64,000 nt of DNA from Eledone cirrhosa (lineage: Eukaryota). How positions within the stretch are numbered: position 1 is the first letter of the stretch; every line of letters begins with the position of its first letter. Where the stretch lies: positions 14,136,001 to 14,200,000 of the forward strand of contig OZ024750.1 of NCBI GenBank assembly GCA_964016885.1, written 5' to 3'. The notes below the pieces were generated by a model. That model did not search any database and was not told the DNA's origin. It saw only the letters and a list, made by a program, of their open reading frames with translations. The position numbers and the translations under genes are program-made. Below, piece by piece: positions 15,201 to 26,123 of the stretch.

Positions 15201-15705
15201 GTAACCCCTTGAGGCTGTTACACCCCCCTCTATTAGGACATGCTCCTGCATAGTCCCAACGTGCATCTAGGATGTCATTCCAATCCCCCGCTAGAAGCAG
15301 GGAACGCGACGTTCCCAGAAAAGTCTCCAAACGCTGGAAGAAGTCGGGCCGTTCAGCTCCGAAAGGGGAGTAGACGGCGACCAGTCTCAAGGCCGCACTT
15401 TCACTACTGCCAACGTCTAGCACCAACAAACGACCCTCCGGGTCCGAGTGCACAACCTGTACGGCAAGACCCAGGTGTTTTTGCATCAGCACGACAACCC
15501 CACCCCCACCTCCAGGTTGACAGAGAGATGCATGCACCTCAAAGTCATCGAAGGTGGGGGCCAGCTGCCGCATGACGCTGATTCGAGTCTCACAGATAAC
15601 CATTACATTTATACTACATGACCTGAGGTCATTTAGAAGCTTTGCTTGCTTCCAAGTTGAGCCCAGGCCACGTGCATTCAAACATCCTACTCTTAACACA
15701 TCCAT
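12268..15705 (-). CDS. Tx1-like ORF2: apurinic-like endonuclease + reverse transcriptase + C-terminal Zn finger (1145 aa)
   Basis: EN motifs LNARGL, CET, GDWN, SYLDR, TDH; RT motifs KSPGLDG, FRPITLLN, LDQSKAFDRV, RQGCPLS, YADD; CPRC..ETVAHALVQC. Confidence 0.96.
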   Translation of the reverse strand: MDVLRVGCLNARGLGSTWKQAKLLNDLRSCSINVMVICETRISVMRQLAPTFDDFEVHASLCQPGGGGGVVVLMQKHLGLAVQVVHSDPEGRLLVLDVGSSESAALRLVAVYSPFGAERPDFFQRLETFLGTSRSLLLAGDWNDILDARWDYAGACPNRGGCNSLKGLLDRFNLVDRYRLDFPTVPTWTWRNHSGQSRSYLDRFLVRSKDRDILSCPEMRTVGYTDHKLVTCVVNLEKTHRQGPGYWKLNLSLPAKETYRNRISRLVKERLTGAIVNNRWWASLKREIRTESISYSKMLAANRNRNEKELTGKLEEAIKSEDVARVLASRTALNQFFDAKHEGCVIRSKIRALGNEGAKAVGWARVTEAKSGNRSTIRSLQDEDGRVIREPKQMCEAFQKHFARLFGGGEGPGRGVDFGPYLDGLPRLSNKEAESCEGPISADEIGDALSQCSRRKSPGLDGIPYELYLAMPVFFSELLEAVYCNWQQNGRIPCSVAKGVVTLVRKDENKGDSINNFRPITLLNTELKILAKVLAKRLALVVGGLVGDAQTCAIPSRSIHDNLHLMRYIIERVGNKPGFGGALINLDQSKAFDRVDHGYLDAVLAAAGFGPVFRGWITALHSNHICSRIKVNGYLSKPFEITRSIRQGCPLSSLLYVLTLEPLLRKLELLQGIPLEPGLSKAVSAYADDVTVMVSTDSEIEAIGTLLEEYERLSGAKLNREKSIGLQLGTWRGRPMPPDGVVGHWTEGPVKLLGVWFGPDLQVEKNWNEVTNKVFALTQKWAKCKLSLKGRAEVANIYIASVTYYRLTVVPCPKETLTTMERMLFQFLWKKRPPMVRRSICCQQPSKGGLGMPWLMMRRHALRLRHLQVFLTGQPVWAPFVKRAFPRLVSLTELQSWVKQRSGKLGDWHTECAQALRALWQAGRAIGGESTSSFYRGLVASRGDDTLGESLDMEEDELASLFGRTFGPGPMDNFQKSLAWQCYRGALPVRERLYRHGRPGRDPSKKICPRCVRHEETVAHALVQCPGVADLWGYAEQLLSRVAPIKLTAESVMTIKPPPLFTKEAKAVFLCVIAMLKEVVWWTRLKGLRSGNFLSGHSLVYFFRYHFGRRIRMEREVLGHRQFYERWVIVARMARVNGPSLYTIL

Positions 15706-15738
15706 GTGGGCGGCAGAGCCAAAGGAGAGTGTAGAGAC

Positions 15739-17616
15739 CTACCTTTCCGCTTCCCGGGGTTCGGGTTGCACGACTTCCATGGGGTCGGGGGTGTTGGGTG
15801 AAGGGGTGTCTTGTGGTGGTGTGGGGTCGTCGGTGTGTGGTGGGGTTGGGGTGTTTGGAGTTGTGTTGGGGAGGGGAAGGGGAGGGGGAAAGCTTTTTAG
15901 TAGGACGCGGTTTATGGGTTTGACAGAGGGTGGTCCTACGTCCTCCTTAAAATCCTTTTTTAGTTTTTGGTAGAGGTTCATTGGGATTTTTATTAGTTTT
16001 AAATGTGGGTGGTTTTCTGATGAAACAAAGTTTACACCTTCGGTTTGTACCGAAGGATTATTGTATATGAGTTCATTTAATTTATTATTGTTTCTGTTGA
16101 TGTAAGTATAGTGTAATGTCTTTTTTTCCGATGGTGTGAGTGTTTCGAAGAGGGGAGGGGCAGGTTTGGTTTTGTTTGTTGCTGGAGGGGTGTTTTCTGT
16201 TTTGTTAGATTGTGTTGCGATTTGGGTGGGGGTTGTTTGTCCTTGTGTGTTTTGCACATGTTTTCTTTTTTTCCTTTTAATCTGTCTGAAGGACTCCGTT
16301 TCTTCCTCCGAATTCGTTGGGTTATCTTCAGTGTTGGAGGGAAGAGGTATGTTTGCTGGTAATGTTTCCGTGTTGGTTTTCTTTGTGGGGGAGATGGATG
16401 TCACTATGTTAGACTGTGTTGTGTGTTGTGTCTGCGGTGGTTGTGTTGTTTTATTGAGTGAGAGGTTGGGTGGGCCTGTATTTTGTTTTGGGGTAATGTG
16501 TTGTGACTGTTTGTGTTGTGGTGGTGTTGTGGTGTTACTGAGGGACGGGTTGGGTGGGACTGAGTTTTGTTGTTTGTTTATCTGTTGTGGTGGTGGTGGT
16601 GGAGCTGGTGTTGGTAGCAGGGTTTTCTTTTTGTTGAGTTGGGGACAAGCGGCCTTCAGGTGCCCTCTGCCTGCACAGATATGGCAGGACGGCCTTCTCC
16701 CCTCCACGCTAATGTTTATATACCCGTGGTCCTCTAATAGGATTCTGTCGGGTATTTGGGCGATGCGTTCAGGCTTCATTTGTACTACCAGCTCTATACC
16801 TGTTCCACTGAACGCATTGCCTGTGGTTTTCCCAATGGAAATCACGTTGTCATTCACTGGATCGATGAAGCCAGCTATGAGCCAGCAGTAGTCCACATCT
16901 GGCATCATTGCATCCAGCCATATGCGTTGAGTTTTTTTCCCCATATAAGATGGATAAAAGGTGAAATTTTTCGAACGAATCGGTGACAAAGCACATTTTT
17001 TTGCCGCCGATTCGTTCTTCATGATAATTGCTAGGCTTCCATACAGTCTGTCTTTTCTTATGAAAGTTGTTTCATTCAGTACTTCTGCGAGTACTGTTTT
17101 GATATCTGCTTGAGAAGGCTGTTCAGGTTTTTTTGTACTGTTGTTGATGGTCCGAAACTTGACCGTTCGGCTTTCAATGTCTTTCGTGAATTCTTGAGGC
17201 ATTTTTACCAATAAAATACCATTCTCACCTTCACTTATGTATTGTTTTGCGTCCGTGATCCTTCGTACCACATCTGAAATGTTTTCCGCTATATAAGTCA
17301 AAGATTTCTTTGTTTTCTGTGCAAATGAAATCTTGTCGTCTGCTTTGTTTTCTGATGTTATGTTATTTTCAACTGTTATTTTTTTGTTTGTTGTGTCTTT
17401 GTTTGTGTTATTAGTATTGTCATGCAATTTTTCAAATTTTTTTTCTTCGTTGTTTTCGACATTTAATTTTTTCTCCGCAGATTCGTCCGTTTTTATTTTC
17501 ATTTTTCCTTCCTTCTCTATGACGTTAGTTGGGAAGGAAGGGAGGACTAAAGCGTGCGAGCTTACAACTCTTACCGCTGTCCCCCCACCACTATTTTCGT
17601 TCGCTGCGTTTAACAT
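15739..17616 (-). CDS. Tx1-like ORF1 (gag-like nucleic-acid-binding protein, about 625 aa from first ATG)
   Basis: Open frame; CCHC knuckle CHICAGRGHLKAAC; Pro/Thr/Gln-rich tail; basic KRKKRK patch. Confidence 0.88.
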   Translation of the reverse strand: MLNAANENSGGGTAVRVVSSHALVLPSFPTNVIEKEGKMKIKTDESAEKKLNVENNEEKKFEKLHDNTNNTNKDTTNKKITVENNITSENKADDKISFAQKTKKSLTYIAENISDVVRRITDAKQYISEGENGILLVKMPQEFTKDIESRTVKFRTINNSTKKPEQPSQADIKTVLAEVLNETTFIRKDRLYGSLAIIMKNESAAKKCALSPIRSKNFTFYPSYMGKKTQRIWLDAMMPDVDYCWLIAGFIDPVNDNVISIGKTTGNAFSGTGIELVVQMKPERIAQIPDRILLEDHGYINISVEGRRPSCHICAGRGHLKAACPQLNKKKTLLPTPAPPPPPQQINKQQNSVPPNPSLSNTTTPPQHKQSQHITPKQNTGPPNLSLNKTTQPPQTQHTTQSNIVTSISPTKKTNTETLPANIPLPSNTEDNPTNSEEETESFRQIKRKKRKHVQNTQGQTTPTQIATQSNKTENTPPATNKTKPAPPLFETLTPSEKKTLHYTYINRNNNKLNELIYNNPSVQTEGVNFVSSENHPHLKLIKIPMNLYQKLKKDFKEDVGPPSVKPINRVLLKSFPPPLPLPNTTPNTPTPPHTDDPTPPQDTPSPNTPDPMEVVQPEPREAER

Positions 17617-17849
17617 TTCTGTTAGACGATTGAAATTTTTTACACAAAATTTTTTTAAAACAGGTTTTTCACCTCTAGGAGGGGTAAAGATGAGCTGACC
17701 CACCGCCTGACAGTTCAGACGGAGGGTCAAGCTACACAATTGTATCAAAATTAAGTTTGAACTCACAAAATTTCCTCAATAAATTTGAACAAAACTTCTG
17801 TGCGAAGTGAATGACATCCACACTGTAGAACAGACGACAGCTAGATTAA

Positions 17850-17944
<95 letters not shown>

Positions 17945-17980
17945 GTAAATAGATAGATAGGTAGATAGGTATATAGATAG

Positions 17981-18350
17981 ATTTCTTTATTAGCCACAAG
18001 GGCGCAACAAGAAAGGGGACAATACAAAGACATGCCGGGGATTTTACATACAGTCGTGTAAAAAATATAAAAACAAACAATTTCAACAATCGAAATCCCC
18101 AATAGGGGGGAGGCGCCACAAATGGGTTGTTTAATACCCCGTCGATAGAACAACCCTCAACTCAAGGAGCGTGTTGTGCAAGTGCTCCTTTCTTCCTTTT
18201 GCTCTCTTCCTCAACCTACAGGCTTATAAACAGAGAAGGCCCAATCACTCGGGCCATTTTCGCTTCATTCACCCACCTTTCAGTAAATTTACTGGGGTGC
18301 AGTGCCTCTCTCTCCACCCTGATTCTCCTTCTAAAGTGATACTTAAAGAA
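17981..18350 (-). mobile_element. 5'-truncated Tx1-like copy (subfamily ending ..GPSLFISL*)
   Basis: Homologous to the ORF2 C-terminus (FFKYHFRRRIRVERE..RWV..AKMARV) plus 3'UTR; GATA repeats on both sides. Confidence 0.9.
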
Positions 18351-18399
18351 TATAGATAGATAGATAGATAGGTATATAGATAGATAGATAGATAGGTAT

Positions 18400-18470
<71 letters not shown>

Positions 18471-18471
18471 T

Positions 18472-18517
18472 ATTTCTTTATTAGCCACAGGGGCACAAAA
18501 GAAGGGGACAAATACAA

Positions 18518-18520
<3 letters not shown>
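18472..18520 (-). mobile_element. Very short Tx1-like 3' end (about 48 bp)
   Basis: ttgtatttgtccccttcttttgtgcccctgtggctaataaagaaa; GATA repeats on both sides. Confidence 0.8.
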
Positions 18521-18590
<70 letters not shown>

Positions 18591-18600
18591 TTCTCTTCAG

Positions 18601-18771
18601 TCAATTCTTGGCCAATGAAGCTTGTCTCCGAATCCAATCCAAATAATAAGATACGTTTGAATAAACGTCCGGGAAGTTGTTACTGCGGCAGCTGGTCACA
18701 CCCCAAGAGGCAACACCAACAAGGACGAAACGGTTTTTAACTTTACAAGACAACGGGCCTCCTGAATCACC
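18601..18771 (-). CDS. Protease exon 7 (catalytic Ser, C-terminus)
   Basis: Acceptor tttgaccag; [39 protein letters not shown]; spliced CDS sums to 1377 nt (458 aa + stop). Confidence 0.95.
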   Translation of the reverse strand, partial: GDSGGPLSCKVKNRFVLVGVASWGVTSCRSNNFPDVYSNVSYYLDWIRRQASLAKN

Positions 18772-18877
18772 CTGGTCAAAAAACAAATGAAAAAAGATTA
18801 CATGTGTGTATGTGTATTTATGAGAGTGTGTCTACATGTATGAGTATATGTGAGTGAATGACTGCTTATCTTAACAT

Positions 18878-18942
<65 letters not shown>

Positions 18943-19162
18943 ACATACAAACACACGAACACGCATACACGCACACACACACATACATACACAAACAAAC
19001 ACATGCACACACACACACACACGCGCGCGCATGCAGATATGCAGACATATTTAGCTAGTTGATGTCTAAATTCCAATGAAAGAGTCTTGTGTCTAGGTTA
19101 GAAAAGGATTCTTTCTCTCTATTTGTAAAAATTTCTAAAATTATGAAACCAGAAAAGCATAA

Positions 19163-19261
<99 letters not shown>

Positions 19262-19509
19262 AAAGAATATAGGTGTAACACACAAGTTATTATATATTGG
19301 TAAACGGAATAGAAAATGCTGACAAATTGTTCATAGTTGAAAAATGGTTTAATTAGGAATAAAAGAGTATTAGTGATTGTATGGGTTAGTATTCAGTTGT
19401 GGTTTTAAGTTTTAAAGTTTTTACCGGTTGCGCATTTCTAAATGCTTTTCAAAAATAATTTTGAAATAGAGTGTCCGTGCTGTTTGCTCTGATCAGAGCA
19501 AACAGCACG

Positions 19510-19572
<63 letters not shown>

Positions 19573-20009
19573 CAGATTACAGAAAATGGTGCACCTTTAG
19601 GCTACAGTCAGCCACACGAACCTGGAACAGATCCGGAACAAGCAATGCCTGTGCTTTGAAGGTTTTTTAAGTGGGGAAAGGCCTTACACTGGACCAAACC
19701 CATTCTCTGAGCATCGAAAACACAACCTGAAAAGGAAAACTTGGCAACATTAACGGATGCTTCCGAAGAAGCTGCAGGATTTTTTTTTTTTTTTTTTTCA
19801 CCGTTTCCCCTCTCCTAGAAAGTTGTTGTGGCAACAACTGGGGGCCTTTCACTCTCTGTTGAGTTCCTCCGCCCTTTTCCGGGTCTTGTAGTTCATCCCG
19901 CAGGGTGTCCAAATATCAGCCTCCGCTTGGTGGGGTTGCCGGTTTAGTAGCTGACGACCCACCATGAGACAGGTGGTACTCGAGAGTGACCTGACATAAC
20001 ATATGACCT

Positions 20010-22485
20010 GCATGTATGTAAATATGTATGTATACATGTATACATGCATGTATGTAAATATACATGTATACATGTATACATACATGTATGTAAATATGTA
20101 TGTATACATGTATACATGCATGTATGTAAATATGTATGTATACATGTATACATGCATGTATGTAAATATGTATGTATACATATATATACATGCATGTATG
20201 TAAATATGTATGTATACATGTATACATGCATGTATGTAAATATGTATGTATACATGTATACATGTATGTATGTAAATATGTATGTATACATGTATACATG
20301 CATGTATGTAAATATGTATGTATACATGTATACATGCATGTATGTAAATATACATGTATACATGTATACATGCATGTATGTAAATATGTATGTATACATG
20401 TATACATGCATGTATGTAAATATGTATGTATACATATATATACATGCATGTATGTAAATATGTATGTATACATGTATACATGCATGTATGTAAATATGTA
20501 TGTATACATGTATACATGTATGTATGTAAATATGTATGTATACATGTATACATGCATGTATGTAAATATGTATGTATACATATATATACATGCATGTATG
20601 TATACATGTATGTATACATGTATACATACATGTATGTAAATATACATGTATACATGTATACATGCATGTATGTAAATATGTATGTATACATGTATACATG
20701 CATGTATGTAAATATGTATGTATACATATATATACATGCATGTATGTAAATATGTATGTATACATGTATACATGCATGTATGTAAATATGTATGTATACA
20801 TGTATACATGTATGTATGTAAATATGTATGTATACATGTATACATGCATGTATGTAAATATGTATGTATACATGTATACATGCATGTATGTAAATATACA
20901 TGTATACATGTATACATGCATGTATGTAAATATACATGTATACATGTATACATGCATGTATGTAAATATACATGTATACATGTATACATGCATGTATGTA
21001 AATATACATGTATACATGTATACATACATGTATGTAAATATGTATGTATACATGTATACATGCATGTATGTAAATATACATGTATACATGTATACATGCA
21101 TGTATGTAAATATACATGTATACATGTATACATGCATGTATGTAAATATGTATGTATACATGTATACATGTATGTATGTAAATATGTATGTATACATGTA
21201 TACATGCATGTATGTAAATATGTATGTATACATGTATACATGCATGTATGTAAATATACATGTATACATGTATACATACATGTATGTAAATATACATGTA
21301 TACATGTATACATACATGTATGTAAATATGTATGTATACATGTATACATGCATGTATGTAAATATGTATGTATACATATATATACATGCATGTATGTAAA
21401 TATGTATGTATACATGTATACATGCATGTATGTAAATATACATGTATGCATGTATACATGCATGTATGTAAATATACATGTATGTAAATATGTATGTATA
21501 CATGTATACATGCATGTATGTAAATATACATGTATACATGTATACATGTATGTATGTAAATATGTATGTATACATGTATACATGCATGTATGTAAATATA
21601 CATGTATACATGTATACATGCATGTATGTAAATATACATGTATGCATGTATACATGCATGTATGTAAATATACATGTATGTAAATATGTATGTATACATG
21701 TATACATGCATGTATGTAAATATACATGTATACATGTATACATACATGTATGTAAATATGTATGTATACATGTATACATGCATGTATGTAAATATACATG
21801 TATACATGTATACATACATGTATGTAAATATGTATGTATACATGTATACATGCATGTATGTAAATATGTATGTATACATGTATACATGCATGTATGTAAA
21901 TATGTATGTATACATGTATACATGCATGTATGTAAATATACATGTATACATGTATACATGCATGTATGTAAATATGTATGTATACATGTATACATACATG
22001 TATGTAAATATGTATGTATACATGTATACATGCATGTATGTAAATATGTATGTATACATGTATACATGCATGTATGTAAATATGTATGTATACATGTATA
22101 CATGCATGTATGTAAATATGTATGTATACATGTATACATGCATGTATGTAAATATGTATGTATACATGTATACATGCATGTATGTAAATATACATGTATG
22201 TAAATATGTATGTATACATGTATACATGCATGTATGTAAATATACATGTATACATGTATACATGCATGTATGTAAATATACATGTATACATGTATACATG
22301 TATGTATGTAAATATGTATGTATACATGTATACATGCATGTATGTAAATATACATGTATACATGTATACATGTATACATGTATACATACATGTATGTAAA
22401 TATGAATGTATACATGTATACATACATGTATGTAAATATGTATGTATACATATATATACATGCATGTATGTAAATATGTATGTAT
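20010..22485. repeat. 36-bp minisatellite in protease intron 6
   Basis: Unit catgtatgtaaatatgtatgtatacatgtatacatg. Confidence 0.96.
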
Positions 22486-22614
22486 AAATATATGTCTGCA
22501 TATATTTGTAATCGTGTTTGTGTGTTTATGTTTGTATGTATGTGTGTATATGCTTGTATGTGTGTTTGCGTGTTTCTATTGGTGTTTATATATATGGTTA
22601 AACAAACCACTTAC

Positions 22615-22748
22615 CACACATGCTCCTGAGTTTCCCGAACTAACACAGATATGACCATCTCCAATCAGTCCGCTCCAGACGTCTTCACATCTTTGGTGAC
22701 GCCAGATGTGAACTTTCAGCGTTTGGAGAACATTGGGATCAGCGGTGC
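22615..22748 (-). CDS. Protease exon 6
   Basis: Not in the ORF track. Acceptor ttccttgtag; GTADPNVLQTLKVHIWRHQRCEDVWSGLIGDGHICVSSGNSGACV; GTAAGT donor; 134 nt, phase 1 to 0. Confidence 0.94.
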
Positions 22749-22828
22749 CTACAAGGAAACCAGTCGATTTAAATATATAAACATTTTTTTTTAATCAGCA
22801 TATTTATCTAACTAACTATCTCTCTAAG

Positions 22829-23175
22829 GAAGATTGAAGAAGGATAAGAATGGAGAGAGAGGTGCTTGGCCACAGGCAGTTTTATGAAAGGTGGGTGATA
22901 GTGGCGAGAATGGCTCGTGTAAATGGGTCTTCTCTGTATACCATCCTGTAGGTAAAGAAGTAAAGGAGAGGGGAGCACCTTCTCCATGTGCTCCCTGGGC
23001 AAAGGATTGCACACTTTTTCGGGGGTGTGTGCAACCCCCATCACGTCCCCTCCCTTTTGAGGTTATTTTCGATTATTTTCATTTTATACCCTTTTTACTC
23101 GATTGTATGTAAACTCCCCCTTTGTATTTGTCCCTTCTTTTTATGCCTTTATGGTAAATAAAGAAATATATCTAT
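22829..23175 (+). mobile_element. 5'-truncated Tx1-like copy in protease intron 5, nearly identical to the 3' end of the full-length copy
   Basis: Reverse complement of about 12050-12385; 13-bp TSD ctatctctctaag at 22816-22828 and 23176-23188. Confidence 0.92.
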
Positions 23176-23282
23176 CTATCTCTCTAAGTAAGTATCTATC
23201 TATCTATTTATATTTATATCTGTCTATATGTCTACCTGCCTGTATGTCTATATATCTATCTATTTATCTATCTATCTCTCTA

Positions 23283-23348
23283 TTGTATGTAAACTTCCCC
23301 CTTTGTATTTGTCCCCTTCTTTTGTGCCCCTGTGGCTAATAAAGAAAC
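23283..23348 (+). mobile_element. Short Tx1-like 3' end
   Basis: Same 3'UTR terminus as 18472-18520; TATC repeats on both sides. Confidence 0.8.
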
Positions 23349-23373
23349 ATATCTATCTATTTGTCTGTCTGTC

Positions 23374-23436
<63 letters not shown>

Positions 23437-23509
23437 GTCTGTCTATCTATCTGTCTATCTATGTATCTCTATATGTGTCTATCTATATGTTTATCAATAT
23501 GTCTATCTG

Positions 23510-23542
<33 letters not shown>

Positions 23543-23829
23543 CTGTCTGTTTTTGAGTAATCTTATTACTGTTGACCCCGGGTCAATTTAAAAGACTTTC
23601 TACACCACCAACATTTCTGGCCTTGTGTCTATGCTGGAAATTATTAATTACACTGAAATACTTATTTAATAAATATAATCATTCCATGATAACTTCGTCT
23701 AGTTATGTTTGAAAATGATCCTTATAATTTTCGGTTGAAACGCCCCTCTTCTCGCTCCTCAAAAAATATTACTGGTCTTGTGCCTACGTTAGAAAACATT
23801 ATTGCTTCAAGAAATGATATGTCCCTCAC

Positions 23830-23998
23830 CTTCCGTATTTCCCCATCCAGTCATCCAACAATCGTAAGGATCAATAGATAGCTGTTGGCTTGCAATACAT
23901 ATAGGAAACACTGATTTCGGATGCAAATCCCGAATTTCTGATAACTCAATCATAGCAATGTCATTTTCATAACCACCCGTTGTTGAGTAGTTTTCGTG
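23830..23998 (-). CDS. Protease exon 5 (catalytic Asp)
   Basis: Not in the ORF track. Acceptor ttgctttcag; HENYSTTGGYENDIAMIEL..VFPICI..CWMTGWGNTE; GTGAG donor; 169 nt, phase 0 to 1. Confidence 0.95.
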
Positions 23999-24458
23999 CT
24001 GAAAGCAAGATCAAAAGAGAAACAAACTTGAACGTATTCGCATTCTTTAACCCTTTAGCATTTAAATCGGCCATGTCCGGACAGAATTCTCTCACCTCTT
24101 TCTGTTCAAACTGACTGTAACCGGCCGCTTATACTGATGTTAAGGTATTGTTCTCAAAATGAATAATATCAAAATTTCATAGATTCGATATAATTGTTTC
24201 TACTTTTGGCACAAGGCCAGCAATTATCCCAGTACATTACTGGTACTTTATTTTATCGACCCCGTAAGGATGAAAGGCAAAGTTAACCTCGGCGGGATTT
24301 GAACTCAGAATGGCAAGGGCCGTAACTCTATACGTCAAAGCATGGCGTCCGACCCTCTACCGATACTGCCAATCCACCAATGTGAGATAATTGTGTAAGG
24401 ACAGACTTTACAATGAAAATATAACAGTATATATATACAGAGTGAGAGAGACACACAT

Positions 24459-24614
<156 letters not shown>

Positions 24615-25054
24615 CGTGAAGTCGTATATCTGGCGACACACTGTACGTATGAAATTAAAGTGCAAGTGATTGACCATTCCATAGACACGTGTATCCATAT
24701 CGTAATTCTCGGGGAGAATAGTGTGATATAGTGTGATAGTGTGTAACAAAGCTGATCCCTTAAATTACAGGTACAACCCATTGCCAGTTGATTTGACTGG
24801 AGCAATGTGATATATAGTGTCTTTCATGCTGAAGGGCGTAACGCACCACCTGGTCCGGAAATCGAACCCCCAACCTTACGATCGTGAACCCAGCACCCTA
24901 CCCACTCAAGTCAAGCATCTTCATTTTATATAACCAATCCTGTTTACCATCAACTGTGTGTCGTCCTTGAGTAAGTCGTTATTTATTTGACTACAAACAG
25001 CTACCCATCCCATCTCACTTAACTGCATTTTAGTAGACATTGTTGCATGCTTAT

Positions 25055-25267
25055 ATAGAAATAGCCTTCACCGTATTTTTGACTAAAGGAATTTTAGCCT
25101 GATAATGAGGTTTAGAACCCTCAGAAAAATGGAAAAAGATGAGTATTGACGTACATAGGAGTCGAACCCACATCTTTACTCATCTTTTTCCATTTATCTG
25201 AGGGTTCTAAACCCCATTATCAGGCTAAAATTCCTTTAGTCAAAAATACGGTGAAAGCTATTTCTAT
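25055..25267. repeat. Fold-back inverted repeat, ~90-bp arms
   Basis: 25055-25145 is the reverse complement of 25177-25267; followed by a short tail and long (TA)n. Confidence 0.9.
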
Positions 25268-25306
25268 TTTCTAATTTCAAACCTGCTCACTGTTTCAAAA
25301 CATACT

Positions 25307-25445
<139 letters not shown>

Positions 25446-25611
25446 CGGACGCTCTATTTCAAAATTATTTTTGAAAAGCATTAGAAATGCGCAACCGGTA
25501 AAACTTAAAACCAAAACTGAATACTAACCAATACTATTACTAATTTTCACTTATTCCTAATTAAACTATTTTTCACTGTGAACATTTTGTCAGCATTTTC
25601 TTTTCCGTTTA

Positions 25612-25646
<35 letters not shown>

Positions 25647-25734
25647 CCATATATATATTACCAGTCCGAGCTGAAGATCCGCATAAGGTGAAACATTTAT
25701 TCTCGGTATGGTGAACTAACTGTTGTGTTACTAC

Positions 25735-25950
25735 TTCTATATATATGACGTATTATCTTCGTTTTTTCCGTTCTTTGCCAGGGAACGTTTCCACGAACCT
25801 AAGTATCGTCTTCCTATCTTCCTTCGGTTGCAACGTTTTTCGAAATATTTACTTCTGCGTTCACTGATTGATTTTTTTAGTTTCAGAAGATCCCGCTAAG
25901 GGTGAAAGCAGTGATTCTTTGCTTAAACTTTAATCTGTTATTTTAATACA
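25735..25950 (+). mobile_element. (TA)n-tailed module with variant hammerhead-like fold; second copy at 49745-49892 + 50221-50260
   Basis: agttt-CAGAAGA-tccc..gggt-GAAA-gca..tgc-UUA-aact in both copies. Confidence 0.55.
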
Positions 25951-26053
25951 TATATATATATATATTGGGTTTATATTTTAATATAACCTAATGTTTGTTG
26001 AGTGAGATGGTTACCAGTCAGAGTTTAGCTTTAAACTATCTCTGTTATTGTAT

Positions 26054-26123
<70 letters not shown>

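Larger units (their letters stand above)
12035..17846 (-). mobile_element. Full-length L1/Tx1-clade non-LTR retrotransposon inserted in (GATA)n
   Basis: About 230-nt 5'UTR, two intact ORFs 33 nt apart, 3'UTR ending AATAAAGAAA-(TATC)n, duplicated flanking microsatellite variant. Confidence 0.93.

Noticed and set aside
16136-16891. 251-aa + strand ORF and other ORFs antisense to the LINE
   Set aside because: Shadow frames of ORF1/ORF2 with no motifs
17617-17766. N-terminal extension of ORF1 in the supplied track
   Set aside because: Starts at a non-ATG codon; the first ATG is at 17616 and the extension is likely 5'UTR
19849-22610. ORFs of 860-890 aa
   Set aside because: 36-bp minisatellite inside a protease intron
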